From Calditrichota bacterium (lineage in GTDB: Bacteria; Calditrichota; Calditrichia; RBG-13-44-9; J042): a stretch of DNA of 64,000 nt. Within the stretch, counting starts at the first letter, position 1; the number at the start of each line of letters is the position of its first letter. Position numbers and translations under genes: made by a program. Positions 52,919-64,000 of the stretch are shown here, piece by piece. The stretch is from the NCBI GenBank assembly GCA_013150955.1, contig JAADJD010000027.1, forward strand, positions 33,522 to 97,521. Direction: 5' to 3'. The notes below the pieces were generated by a model. It saw only the letters and a list, made by a program, of their open reading frames with translations. It was not told the origin of the DNA and searched no databases.

Positions 52919-52946
52919 AAAAAGGCTCCCATTGGGGAGCCTTTTT
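52919..52946 (-). terminator. intrinsic terminator after groEL
   Basis: AAAAAGGCTCCC-ATTG-GGGAGCCTTTTT. Confidence 0.88.
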
Positions 52947-52969
52947 GTAGTTGCAAGAGGGATGGTCGA

Positions 52970-54610
<1,641 letters not shown>

Positions 54611-54901
54611 TTATTTTTCAATCACAGCCAGAATATCGCTTTCCCTTAAAATCAGGTACTCCTGACCATCAATTTTAATCTCCGTACCCGCGTATTTTCC
54701 GTAGAGGACCACATCGTCCACCTTCACCTCCAGCGGTACCCGTTCGCCTCGCTCATCCAGACGACCCGGTCCAACGGCCATTACCTGACCTCGCTGAGAT
54801 TTTTCTTTCGCCGTGTCCGGTAAAATGATACCTCCCGGAGTTTTTTCCTCTTCTTCCAGAGGCTTCACGACCACGCGATCCGCCAATGGTTTCAGTTTCA
54901 T
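54611..54901 (-). CDS. groS: co-chaperonin GroES
   Basis: [28 protein letters not shown]. Confidence 0.99.
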   Translation of the reverse strand: MKLKPLADRVVVKPLEEEEKTPGGIILPDTAKEKSQRGQVMAVGPGRLDERGERVPLEVKVDDVVLYGKYAGTEIKIDGQEYLILRESDILAVIEK

Positions 54902-54950
54902 GTCCCCCTCCTTTTTAATTGTTTATTTTTGATAAATTTAATGCGAAAAT

Positions 54951-54977
54951 TTAGCACTTTTTGAGTTCGAGTGCTAA
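54951..54977 (-). promoter_or_regulatory. CIRCE (HrcA operator), directly after a TTGACA-N16-TAAATT promoter (54979-55006)
   Basis: Minus strand TTAGCACTC-N9-AAGTGCTAA, one mismatch to TTAGCACTC-N9-GAGTGCTAA. Confidence 0.93.
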
Positions 54978-55114
54978 TAATTTAATTTTTATTTTCCCTT
55001 TGTCAAGAGAAAAGTAAAATTCCCCATCCGCCCCCTGGCTATCGAAAGGTGTGAAGACGGTTGCAAGTGGTGTCGATTTTATCTATATTGGCAAAAATGA
55101 AATGCGAATGACGG

Positions 55115-55726
55115 ATGACGAAACGGTTGACGCTGGCCAGGACCATCTGGCAATTCCTGAAAGAGCACCAGTTTTTTAAACGCTATCCGCAATGGTCGCC
55201 GGAAGAAGTTCAAACGTTGCTCGGGATCCCTCCGGAAGAAGGAGCAGAGGAACCCTCTCATTCCGATGAAGCGGCCACGGGCAACCGATTGGTGCGATTG
55301 TTTACGGATGGAGCCGCCAGAGGTAATCCCGGTCCAGCAGGTGCAGGCATTGTGATTCAGGATGAAAAGGGGCGAACCATCGACGAGGTTTCCTGCTTTC
55401 TGGGAGAGGCCACCAATAATCAGGCAGAATACCAGGCCCTGCAGCTGGGGCTGGAGCGCGTGTTGTTATTCCATCCCCATAAGCTGGAAATTGCCCTGGA
55501 TAGCGAACTGATTGTCAAACAAATCCGCGGTGAGTATCGAACCCGAAATGCAGCCCTGAAAGCGCAGCTGCAAAAAGTTCAGGAGCTGCTGACCCGGATT
55601 CCTTTCTGGAACATCAGGCATATTCCCCGCGCCAGGAATAAACGTGCCGATCAACTGGCCAATCAGGCCATTGATGAATGGATGCGGGGAACCGGGAGCA
55701 AAGGAACCCAATCTTTTGCCCGATGA
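55115..55726 (+). CDS. ribonuclease HI family protein with N-terminal extension
   Basis: FTDGAARGNPGPAG, TNNQAEY, LDSELIVKQ, NKRADQLAN. Confidence 0.9.
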   Translation: MTKRLTLARTIWQFLKEHQFFKRYPQWSPEEVQTLLGIPPEEGAEEPSHSDEAATGNRLVRLFTDGAARGNPGPAGAGIVIQDEKGRTIDEVSCFLGEATNNQAEYQALQLGLERVLLFHPHKLEIALDSELIVKQIRGEYRTRNAALKAQLQKVQELLTRIPFWNIRHIPRARNKRADQLANQAIDEWMRGTGSKGTQSFAR

Positions 55727-55762
55727 GTTTAAAGTACAATTAAAATGAAAGGTGAATCGGAT

Positions 55763-56827
55763 ATGAAAGCGCTGATTACCAGTGGTGGCAAAGGTACCCG
55801 ATTGCGTCCCATTACCCACACACAAAACAAACACTTGATCCCGATTGCCAACAAACCCATCCTGCATTATGCCATCGAGGCGGTGGTGGAAGCGGGAATA
55901 AGGGAGATCGGGATTGTGTACAATGCGGATAGCGATGCCGTTCCCCGGGCCATTGGTAATGGCGAAAAGTGGGGTGTCCGCATCACCTACATTCCTCAGG
56001 AGGCACCGCTGGGACTGGCCCACGTGGTGAAGATTGCTCAGGATTTCATTCAGGATGAGCCGTTCATTTTTTACCTGGGGGATAACATGGTGGTGGGTGG
56101 GGTGAAGCGGTTCATTGAACGATTTCAATCGGACGGCTGTAACTGTCACCTCACCCTGGCAAAAGTCAAAGATCCCTCCCGCTTTGGTGTGCCCGAACTT
56201 AAAGGCAATCGCATTGTGCGCATTGAGGAGAAGCCCCGCCATCCCAAAAGCCAGTTTGCCGTGGCTGGCATTTACATTTATGATGCCACCATCTTCGAGG
56301 CGGTCAATAACATTCAGCCCAGTGCGCGCGGAGAGCTGGAAATCTCCGATGCCCATCAGTACCTGCTGGATAAGGGTTACAAGATTACCTATTCGGAAAT
56401 TACCGGATGGTGGAAGGATACTGGAAAGCCAAATGATTTGCTGGAGGCCAATCGTCTGGTTCTGGAGAATCTTACCGAATACAACGAAGGCGAGGTGGAT
56501 GCAAAATCCTACCTGGCGGGTAAGGTGATTTTGCAGAAGGGTGCACGCATCGTTAATAGCCACATTCGCGGACCGGTCATCATTGGCGAAAATACCCTGA
56601 TTGAAGATAGCTACATCGGTCCGTTTACTTCCATTTACCATGATTGCGAAATCAAAAACAGCGAAGTGGAATTTAGCATCATCATGGATCATTGCCGGAT
56701 TATTGATGTGGGCATCCGCATCGAGAGCAGTATTCTGGGCAGTGAGGTGGAGATCCTCAAAGCTCAGGGGAAACCCCGGAACCATCGATTCATTCTGGGA
56801 GCGCAGAGTTATCTGGAAATCGTGTAA
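55763..56827 (+). CDS. rmlA: glucose-1-phosphate thymidylyltransferase, long form
   Basis: GGKGTRLRPIT, PLGLAH, YLGDN, EEKP, SARGELEI, WWKDTG, C-terminal hexapeptide repeats. Confidence 0.9.
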   Translation: MKALITSGGKGTRLRPITHTQNKHLIPIANKPILHYAIEAVVEAGIREIGIVYNADSDAVPRAIGNGEKWGVRITYIPQEAPLGLAHVVKIAQDFIQDEPFIFYLGDNMVVGGVKRFIERFQSDGCNCHLTLAKVKDPSRFGVPELKGNRIVRIEEKPRHPKSQFAVAGIYIYDATIFEAVNNIQPSARGELEISDAHQYLLDKGYKITYSEITGWWKDTGKPNDLLEANRLVLENLTEYNEGEVDAKSYLAGKVILQKGARIVNSHIRGPVIIGENTLIEDSYIGPFTSIYHDCEIKNSEVEFSIIMDHCRIIDVGIRIESSILGSEVEILKAQGKPRNHRFILGAQSYLEIV

Positions 56828-56859
56828 CGCGCTTAAGAAATAAATGAGGAGGCGGTCTC

Positions 56860-57642
56860 ATGGAAACGAAAAATTTATTGGTGGAAAAAAGTGAACATTA
56901 CGCAGTGGTAACCATTAATCGGCCGGAAAAGTTAAATGCGCTGAATGCGGCCACAGTTACCGAGTTGTACCAGGTGATGAAGGAATTGCAGAAGGATGAG
57001 GCCATGCGGGCCGTGATCATCACCGGGAGTGGGGAAAAGGCCTTTGTGGCCGGTGCCGATATTGCCGAAATCGCCAAACACGACGAGATTTCGGGAAAGA
57101 TTTTTGCCATGCGCGGACAAAAGGTGTTTCGGTTTATCGAAAAGATGCGCCTGCCGGTCATTGCCGCCATCAATGGATATGCACTGGGAGGCGGCTGTGA
57201 ACTGGCCATGGCCTGTCACTTACGGATTGCATCCAGCAAGGCAAAGTTTGGGCAACCCGAGATTAATCTGGGATTGATTCCCGGTTACGGCGGCACCCAG
57301 CGGCTTCCCCGGTTGATTGGCCGAACGCAGGCCATGTATTTGCTGTTGACCGGAGAAATGATTGATGCCCGGAAAGCACTGGAAATTGGATTGGTAAACG
57401 AGGTTGTAGAGCCAGAAAAATTGATGGATCGTGCCCGGGAACTGGCCAAAACGCTGACCGAAAAAGCTCCCATAGCGGTCAACTACATTCTGGATGTGGT
57501 GGATCAGGGACTGAATTTGAATCTGGACATGGCCTTGAACCTGGAAGCGGAAATGTTTGGCAATATTTGCGCCACAGAGGATATGAAAGAGGGAACAGCC
57601 GCGTTTCTGGAAAAACGCAAGCCCCAATTTAAAGGAAAATAA
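56860..57642 (+). CDS. enoyl-CoA hydratase (crotonase)
   Basis: AFVAGADI, GYALGGGCELA, GQPEINLG, GGTQRL. Confidence 0.95.
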   Translation: METKNLLVEKSEHYAVVTINRPEKLNALNAATVTELYQVMKELQKDEAMRAVIITGSGEKAFVAGADIAEIAKHDEISGKIFAMRGQKVFRFIEKMRLPVIAAINGYALGGGCELAMACHLRIASSKAKFGQPEINLGLIPGYGGTQRLPRLIGRTQAMYLLLTGEMIDARKALEIGLVNEVVEPEKLMDRARELAKTLTEKAPIAVNYILDVVDQGLNLNLDMALNLEAEMFGNICATEDMKEGTAAFLEKRKPQFKGK

Positions 57643-57740
57643 TCCTGTTCCGAAAATTTCCGGAATGGGGAAAACCCGGGGGAAACATCAAGCGGATGTG
57701 CATCCCGGAGGTCTCCACCTTTATTAAGGATGAGTGATCT

Positions 57741-58448
57741 GTGAAGTTGAACGATATGCCCATTTACGTGTTTGTGGATTTTGATGGAACCATCACGCAC
57801 CAGGATACCCTGGATTACCTGCTGGATACGTTCGCTCCACCACACTGGCGGGAAATTGAGGATCAGGTGACCGCAGGTGTTCTGGAAGAAAAACGTGCAT
57901 TGCAGATGGAATTTGATTTGCTCCGGGTAAGCCTGGAAACCGCAATCCAGACGATTCAACATCTGCCGATCGATCCCCAGTTTCCCCGATTCGTTCAATA
58001 TTGCCGGCAAAATAACATGGCGCTTCAGATTCTCAGTGGGGGAGTGGACTATTTCATTCGGGCCATTTTGCGCAGAAACGGGCTGGAAGAAGTGCCGTTT
58101 CATTCCAATTCTGTGAAGGTGGTCAACGATCGCTGGAAAATTGTGCCTGCGCGGACACCCCGAATTCGAAATCAGTGTAACCATTGTAAGACCTACTGGA
58201 TTACCCGCGCCCGCAACGAAGGGTTCCTGACCGTATATATCGGGGATGGAAATACGGACCGGTGTCCGGCAACCGCAACTCACATAAGTTTCGCAAAGGA
58301 CCAGCTGGCCGAATATCTCCGGCAAATTGGCCATCCATTTTTGCCCTATCGGAATTTTCAGGACATTCTGGATTATTTCAATTCCCATTCCATTGAAAAA
58401 TTAAAGGAGATGACCGGTGCCCAACCCCTCCATTATATTAAGGATTGA
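57741..58448 (+). CDS. MtnX-like HAD-IB phosphatase
   Basis: DFDGTIT, LSGG, CNHCK, IGDGNTD, FAK. Confidence 0.88.
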   Translation: MKLNDMPIYVFVDFDGTITHQDTLDYLLDTFAPPHWREIEDQVTAGVLEEKRALQMEFDLLRVSLETAIQTIQHLPIDPQFPRFVQYCRQNNMALQILSGGVDYFIRAILRRNGLEEVPFHSNSVKVVNDRWKIVPARTPRIRNQCNHCKTYWITRARNEGFLTVYIGDGNTDRCPATATHISFAKDQLAEYLRQIGHPFLPYRNFQDILDYFNSHSIEKLKEMTGAQPLHYIKD

Positions 58449-58908
58449 TGATCGTTTGGTGCACGGGCAGGTGATTGTGGGATGGGGCAGTTACTATCCC
58501 ATTCAGGAGTATGCGGTGGTGGACGATGAGATTGCCGCCAACGAATGGGAACGCAATTTGTTGATCATGGCCGTTCCTCCGAATGTGGAGGCGCGGGTAC
58601 TGACCATTCCACAGGGGGTGGCCTACATTCAGGAGCACCTGAACGCCCCTGGCGTACGAATGGTACTGGTCAGTTCCCCTCGCCAGATTCTGCAAATGGA
58701 TGCGCTGGGATTGCCACTGAAGACAGTGAACGTGGGTGGAATGCATTTCCGAGAGGGACGCAAGCAATATTTAAATTACCTGTTTCTCAGCACCGAAGAA
58801 GTCCGCATTTTTCGTCAGTTGATGGAAAAAGGCTACACATTTGAATGTCAGGACGTCCCCACCAGCAGTAAAGTGGATTTAAAAAAGGTGTTGGAACGGA
58901 CAAAATGA
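58417..58908 (+). CDS. PTS mannose/sorbose-family IIB component
   Basis: LRIDDRLVHGQV phospho-His motif, NVGGM. Confidence 0.9.
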   Translation: MPNPSIILRIDDRLVHGQVIVGWGSYYPIQEYAVVDDEIAANEWERNLLIMAVPPNVEARVLTIPQGVAYIQEHLNAPGVRMVLVSSPRQILQMDALGLPLKTVNVGGMHFREGRKQYLNYLFLSTEEVRIFRQLMEKGYTFECQDVPTSSKVDLKKVLERTK

Positions 58909-59327
58909 CGAAAATTTCGACACACACGATCGAATTATCGACACAGGGACACACGCATATTGTGGACATTACACCGGATGTACAGCGGTTGGTGGCAGAA
59001 AGTGGATTAAAGGAAGGCCATGTATTGATTTTTGTACCCGGATCGACCGGCGGGTTAACCACCATTGAGTATGAACCGGGATTGTTAAGGGATTTGCCAG
59101 AATTTCTGGAGGAAATTATCCCCTCAGGCCGACGCTACCATCACGACGATACCTGGCACGATGGTAACGGATACGCCCACTTGCGGGCCGCATTGATTCA
59201 ACCGGATTTGATGGTACCATTTGTGGGGGGAAAGTTAACCCTGGGAACCTGGCAGCAAATTATTTTTATCGATTTTGACAATCGTCCCCGTCATCGTCGT
59301 CTGGTGGTACAGATCTGGGGACAATGA
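58905..59327 (+). CDS. YjbQ / UPF0047 family protein
   Basis: DIT, EYEPGL, GNGYAHLRA, LGTWQQI, DFDNRPR. Confidence 0.93.
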   Translation: MTKISTHTIELSTQGHTHIVDITPDVQRLVAESGLKEGHVLIFVPGSTGGLTTIEYEPGLLRDLPEFLEEIIPSGRRYHHDDTWHDGNGYAHLRAALIQPDLMVPFVGGKLTLGTWQQIIFIDFDNRPRHRRLVVQIWGQ

Positions 59328-59525
59328 TTACGAATGAACCAGAGCGTTTTGCTTCTTCATATATTCTTTACGGAAGCGTTCCGCGTGACCGCTGGTGAAC
59401 CAGGCGATGATGGCTTCTTTCAGCGTGATTTCCGTTTCACCCTGCTTCAACAGATGCTGATAAAATCTATGAATGGCTTCCAGTTGCGATTCATAGAAAC
59501 TGTGGTGACTGCTAAACGACTTCAT
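59328..59525 (-). CDS. small hypothetical protein (65 aa), DUF4032-like helix motif
   Basis: RBS AGGGGGA; AIHRFYQHLLKQGETEITLKEAIIAW...AERFRKEY. Confidence 0.7.
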   Translation of the reverse strand: MKSFSSHHSFYESQLEAIHRFYQHLLKQGETEITLKEAIIAWFTSGHAERFRKEYMKKQNALVHS

Positions 59526-59538
59526 GAAATCCCCCTGA

Positions 59539-59730
59539 TTATTGGTAAATGGAATATTCATTGACCCAGACGTTCTGGGTGTTACGTTTTCGACGACGGG
59601 ATGAAATGGTCATGCTCTCGCTCATCCAGAGCGCCACAGCTTCTGAAAACGAGATGGGGCGCTTGAGTTCTTTGGCCTTGCGATCACGGAATTCCAGAAT
59701 CCGAATCCAATTTTCCGTTACCCGAAACAT
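59539..59730 (-). CDS. small hypothetical protein (63 aa), apparent paralog of the downstream ORF
   Basis: RBS AGGAG; ILEFRDRKAKELKRPISFSEAVALW. Confidence 0.65.
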   Translation of the reverse strand: MFRVTENWIRILEFRDRKAKELKRPISFSEAVALWMSESMTISSRRRKRNTQNVWVNEYSIYQ

Positions 59731-59766
59731 ATAACGCTCCTTTTTTTCATTCGCTATAATTTTATT

Positions 59767-59782
59767 TACAAATAAAGTGCCA
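59767..59782 (-). promoter_or_regulatory. putative sigma54 -24/-12 promoter
   Basis: Minus strand TGGCACTTTATTTGTA, close to TGGCAC-N5-TTGCA, 37 bp upstream of ATG 59730. Confidence 0.6.
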
Positions 59783-60185
59783 AAAAGATATTTTACCCGG
59801 AAAAACACAGCGCAATATTGTGTAAGTCATTGGTTATTCATAAATTATAGAAATTTTGTTTGTTTCTTCCCCTTTCACCCGAATATGCAATTTTTGCATC
59901 ATTAAGAGATTATTGTACGATTTTTAAACACCCGGTTTCTGAAAATCCCGACGGTAGCTCTCCAGGTATCACGGGTTGAACAAGTATTAGCAAACGGTTT
60001 GTATGACCGCATTTTGCAATGGAGTCATACAAGCATCGTAATAATCTTTATCAGAGATCGATCCGTTCCCGAAGTATACGCAGAAAGGCGGGTATAAAAT
60101 GTGGGCTGGGCCAATTTGCCCAATTTTTTGGTGGCAAAAATGGATTTCTTGAGGGGAAATCGGTGTTCTAATGAATAATCCCGGT

Positions 60186-61028
60186 TTAGTCAGTTTTGTC
60201 CATGCGCAGGATGAGTTCGCGCACCAGTTTTTGGAACGTGTTTTTCACCCGATTGGCAATCTGAGTCACTTCGTCGTGGGAAAGTGGAGTGGCACTGATG
60301 CCGGTTGCCAGGTTGGTGATGCAGGAGATGCCGGCCACTTTCATTCCTCTGGCACGAGCGACCAGCACTTCGGGCACGGTGGACATGCTCACGGCATCGC
60401 CCCCCAGTCGCCTGACCATGCGGACTTCGGCTGCTGTCTCATATGATGGCCCGGTTGATACAAAAAGTACCCCCTTTTTCAGTGGAATACCCAGTTCCAG
60501 GCCAATGGATTCCAGCAATTCGATGTATGGGGGATGGTAGTTGGCATACATGTCCGGGAAACGCGGTTCGGGTGGGACAACCGGGCCCCGCAGGGGATTT
60601 CGAAACAAAAAGTTGATGTGATCGACGATGATCATCAAATCACCGGGCTGGAAATAAGGATTTACCCCACCAGCCGCATTGGTTACGATCAGTTTCTTTA
60701 CCCCCATCAAATCCATGATACGAACCACGTAAGCCACCTGATCAATGCGGTGCCCCTCGTAAAAATGGGTGCGTCCCTGAACGGCAACGACCGGTATACC
60801 TCGCACCGTACCAAATACCAGGTACCCCTTGTGACCTTCCACGGTTGAGGGGGGATAGTGGGGGATTTCCGACGTGGCAATTTTATCCGCATTTTCCAGT
60901 GTGTCAGCAAAATCGCCCAGTCCCGATCCCAGAATTAATCCAATCCGCGGCTGAATTTGGGTAAAGCGGCGGATGTAGGCCAGGCTGTCCTGTAACTGCT
61001 GGTCAATGCGCATTTTATGAGCTGTCAT
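60186..61028 (-). CDS. punA: purine-nucleoside phosphorylase (trimeric type)
   Basis: ILGSGLG, QGRTHFYEG, TNAAGG, GPSYET, MSTVPE, CITN. Confidence 0.95.
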   Translation of the reverse strand: MTAHKMRIDQQLQDSLAYIRRFTQIQPRIGLILGSGLGDFADTLENADKIATSEIPHYPPSTVEGHKGYLVFGTVRGIPVVAVQGRTHFYEGHRIDQVAYVVRIMDLMGVKKLIVTNAAGGVNPYFQPGDLMIIVDHINFLFRNPLRGPVVPPEPRFPDMYANYHPPYIELLESIGLELGIPLKKGVLFVSTGPSYETAAEVRMVRRLGGDAVSMSTVPEVLVARARGMKVAGISCITNLATGISATPLSHDEVTQIANRVKNTFQKLVRELILRMDKTD

Positions 61029-61653
61029 TGGTCACATTCACCTTTTCTTTTCGTTTCAGTAAGTGGTAAAATTTAATGGCATAATATCCGGCAGAAAACA
61101 GGAGAAATAATAACGTCAGTGCCTGAAGCGGAACCTGCAGAACGCGAATCTGAAACAGATGGCTGAGCAGGAGTGCCGAGATGATGGTTACCGCTATCTT
61201 CCCCGGCCATGCCGATGCGACCACATAATTTAACCGGGTCATCAGAACCACGGAGCCAATCAGAATAAATACATCGCGCCCGATGATTAAAACCACCAGC
61301 CACAGGGGCAGTCCGTACCCCTGATAAAGGGCAATGGATGCCAGCCCGATACAAAATTTATCGGCCAGCGGATCCAGGATTTTCCCCAGTTCGCTGATCT
61401 GGTGTTGTTTCCGGGCAAAATAACCGTCCAGAAAGTCCGACACGATGGCCAGTGCGATAACCACGACGGACAGGAAGACCTGATGAGTCTGGATTAAATA
61501 GTAGATATAAATTCCCGACAGGAGTCGGGCAAAGCTCAGTGCATTCGACAGGGTAAAGATCAGCGACCGCTGAAAAATTTGTTTGAACAGTTGGTCACTC
61601 CGGGATTTCACATCTTTCGCTTTCTTGTTTTGAAATTCATACTCGGTGTCCAT
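61015..61653 (-). CDS. CDP-alcohol phosphatidyltransferase (PgsA-like)
   Basis: SNALSFAR, SDFLDGYFARK...LGKILDPLADK. Confidence 0.92.
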   Translation of the reverse strand: MDTEYEFQNKKAKDVKSRSDQLFKQIFQRSLIFTLSNALSFARLLSGIYIYYLIQTHQVFLSVVVIALAIVSDFLDGYFARKQHQISELGKILDPLADKFCIGLASIALYQGYGLPLWLVVLIIGRDVFILIGSVVLMTRLNYVVASAWPGKIAVTIISALLLSHLFQIRVLQVPLQALTLLFLLFSAGYYAIKFYHLLKRKEKVNVTNDSS

Positions 61654-61662
61654 GAACCGTTG

Positions 61663-63417
61663 TTATCGGATGTTCGGGATGATTGGGCACAGCAAAAGCG
61701 GTTCACCGGACGAAAAATAATTCAGGGCGAAAAGGAGCCCGCGGTATGGCCCTTCCAGCTCCCGCAGCCATTGCAACCGATGGCCGGGAATGCCCTGCAA
61801 GACCTGAAGAGAACTGCCCAATAATCGTTCCATGAGACTTTTTATTTTGGGATAGAAGATTAACTTGACTCCTTCTTCCTCAGGGATACCCGCCATTTGC
61901 TTGGCCACGGCCACGGCGGTGGCAAAATCTCCCAGGATGTCCACCAGACCGATGTCCAGGGCCTGCCGTCCCGTCCAGACCCGTCCCTGGGCCACTCGAT
62001 CGATTTCTTCGAACGATTTGTTTCGCCCCTGAGCGGCCTTGGCCACAAAATCCCGATACACTTCCATGATGTAAGCCCGCAGCAATCGCCGCTGTTCCGG
62101 GGTGAATTTCCGGTACTCCGAGAAGAACGATGCGTTGCGTCCGCGGAAGAGTTCTTCTTTCTGGATGCCCAGCTTTTGATACAGTCCCTGGAGTGCGAAT
62201 TTGCCAGCAAACACCCCGATGCTCCCTACCAGACTGGAAGGATGAGCCACGATGGTGTCCGCGGCCATGCTGATATAGTATCCACCGGACGCCGCCAGGC
62301 CCCCAACCGAAACAATCACCGGTTTTTTCTTCCGGGCCCGGATCACTTCTCGCCAGATGATGTCGGCCGCGGTAGCAGAACCACCGGGACTATCGATGCG
62401 GAGGATAATGGCGGCGATGGATTTGTCATCAGCGGCTTTGCGAATGCTGTTGGCCATGCCATCCGAAGTGATTAAACCGTTTTGCCCGAAAAGACCTTCG
62501 GTTCCCACCACAATCGTGCCCAGTCCAAAGATGACCGCCAGTTTTTTCTTGCCCACAATGCCCAGTTTCGATGCCGGGATCGCTTTGTAGCGTTTCAGGG
62601 AGACGAAGCGCAGGCGCTTTTTAAAGCGCGTTTTCAGAAACTCTTTAAAATCGTTGTAATACAGGGTGGAATCCACCAGCCCCACTTCCTGTGCCTGCCG
62701 CGGGTAGAACAGGCCCTGATCGATGAGCTGGCGAAGCCGCTCCGGTGTCATCTGGCGTTCCCTGGCAATGGTTTCCAGAAACCGCTGGTAATGATCGTCC
62801 AGCAGGGCATTGGTCACTTCGCGTGCCGGCTCCGAGAGCCGATCCCGGGTGAACATTTCCGGGGCGCTCTTGTATTTCCCGTAAGCGACGAAATCAGCCT
62901 CCACACCGATTTTTTTCAGGAGTCCCTTTAAAAAGATGGGGGAGCTGGTCAGCCCATTCACGATCAATACCCCAACCGGGGCCACAAAAATGGAGTCGGC
63001 CAGGCTCAGCAGATAATAATCCAGATTGCTGGCCGTTTCGAAATAAGCATAGACCGGTTTCCCCGTCGATCGAAAATCCTGCAACACATCGCGCAGTTCT
63101 TCCACCGTTGCCCAGCTGGTGAGCAACGGAAATGTCCGTAAAATAATGCCCCTGATTTTTTCGTCCCGTTTGGCTTTGCGAACGGACTGAATGATGTCCT
63201 GAAGGGAATGGGGTTTGCCCTCCAGAATTTCGCGAAAGGGATCTTCGATGGTGCGTTCGGGAATTTCGCCACCCAGTACAATTTCCAGAAAGGAATCTCG
63301 CGAAATGGGTGGAGCGGTATCCTCCAGGCTTTTGAAGAACGCGTATTCAATGATGGCCACCAGGATGAAAATGACCACAATAATCAGGGCCAGTTTCTGC
63401 CATTCTTTTAAGCGCAT
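61663..63417 (-). CDS. sppA: signal peptide peptidase SppA, 67-kDa type
   Basis: Tandem S49 domains: GKYKSAPE, RIDSPGGS, AASGGYYIS, GSIGV, AQGRVWTG. Confidence 0.95.
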   Translation of the reverse strand: MRLKEWQKLALIIVVIFILVAIIEYAFFKSLEDTAPPISRDSFLEIVLGGEIPERTIEDPFREILEGKPHSLQDIIQSVRKAKRDEKIRGIILRTFPLLTSWATVEELRDVLQDFRSTGKPVYAYFETASNLDYYLLSLADSIFVAPVGVLIVNGLTSSPIFLKGLLKKIGVEADFVAYGKYKSAPEMFTRDRLSEPAREVTNALLDDHYQRFLETIARERQMTPERLRQLIDQGLFYPRQAQEVGLVDSTLYYNDFKEFLKTRFKKRLRFVSLKRYKAIPASKLGIVGKKKLAVIFGLGTIVVGTEGLFGQNGLITSDGMANSIRKAADDKSIAAIILRIDSPGGSATAADIIWREVIRARKKKPVIVSVGGLAASGGYYISMAADTIVAHPSSLVGSIGVFAGKFALQGLYQKLGIQKEELFRGRNASFFSEYRKFTPEQRRLLRAYIMEVYRDFVAKAAQGRNKSFEEIDRVAQGRVWTGRQALDIGLVDILGDFATAVAVAKQMAGIPEEEGVKLIFYPKIKSLMERLLGSSLQVLQGIPGHRLQWLRELEGPYRGLLFALNYFSSGEPLLLCPIIPNIR

Positions 63418-63554
63418 AGGCTATCCCCTATGGTTTTCGCAACCGGGAAGACCGTCCCGGACTTTCCCAATGGCTGTGCAGGTAAGCCGCGGACGATCCT
63501 GCTCATGTACGTTTCTTCAATTTGTTATCATTTTCCAAGGAATCCAACGTTTCT

Positions 63555-64000
63555 TTAAAAAGAGGTAATCACACCAGCAATGGTGGCCGTCATCATATTG
63601 GCCAGGGTGCCGGCCATGACGGCGCGCAATCCCAGCTGAGCCAGCTCCGACATGCGATTGGGAATCAAGGGCCCAATACCGCCAATTTGAATGGCAATCG
63701 AACTGAAATTGGCAAATCCGCACAGGGCATAAGTAGCCATTAAAATGGTTTTTTCCGACAGCACATTATTTTTAATGAGATCGGCCAGGTTTAAATAGGC
63801 CACAAATTCGTTAATCACGATTTTGGTTCCCAGCAGCGAACCAAAGTTCAGGATGTCGTGGGAAGGGACCCCGATTAGCCATGCGGGAATGGCCAGGATC
63901 CAGCCGAACAGTTTGTTCAGGGAAATGTCCACACCGACCAGGCCGCCGGCCCATCCCAGGATGTAATTTAACATCGCGATGAGGGCAATGAAGGCGATCA
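63555..64000 (-). CDS. nupC: 3' part of a NupC/CNT-family nucleoside transporter (5' end beyond window)
   Basis: GTKIVINEFVAY, TYALCGFANFSSIAIQIGG, GTLANMMTATIAG. Confidence 0.9.
   Translation of the reverse strand, partial: IAFIALIAMLNYILGWAGGLVGVDISLNKLFGWILAIPAWLIGVPSHDILNFGSLLGTKIVINEFVAYLNLADLIKNNVLSEKTILMATYALCGFANFSSIAIQIGGIGPLIPNRMSELAQLGLRAVMAGTLANMMTATIAGVITSF

Overview
A 64-kb bacterial chromosomal window, mostly housekeeping genes in moderately GC-rich coding sequence with AT-rich intergenic regions. Gene order and content (HU, zinc-ribbon/TPR, bS22-like, xseAB; DUF5916; PEGA) suggest an FCB-related lineage such as Calditrichota, which is an inference only. Recognisable genes include xseAB, aceBA with an alanine-glyoxylate aminotransferase, speE-speB, an Mre11/Rad50-like YhaO-YhaN pair, an ECF sigma/anti-sigma operon, an NtrC-type two-component pair, gltX, an MCP, tig-clpP-clpX-lon, groES-groEL with a CIRCE operator, rmlA, punA, sppA, nupC (partial), tRNA-Lys(TTT) and tRNA-Asp(GTC). 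The most unusual signals are non-coding. (1) Directly downstream of tRNA-Asp lies a tandem array of 8 complete and 1 partial ~115-bp tRNA-like units. Each keeps the D-loop, variable loop and T-arm/3' acceptor, has the 17-nt anticodon arm replaced by a 17-nt palindrome (TCCCGAC-NNN-GTCGGGA) with a variable central triplet, and is separated from the next by an intrinsic terminator. (2) A dense family of ~165-bp MITE-like elements occupies 13 intergenic loci, with CCCRRAT termini and 5-bp AT-rich target duplications, and repeatedly nests inside itself. (3) Three 18-bp enhancer-like palindromes and a sigma54-like promoter lie upstream of aceBA, near a BkdR-like activator. (4) A hybrid histidine kinase has an intact H-box but degenerate ATP-binding motifs. 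All calls come from reading the sequence by eye; no database searches were run.
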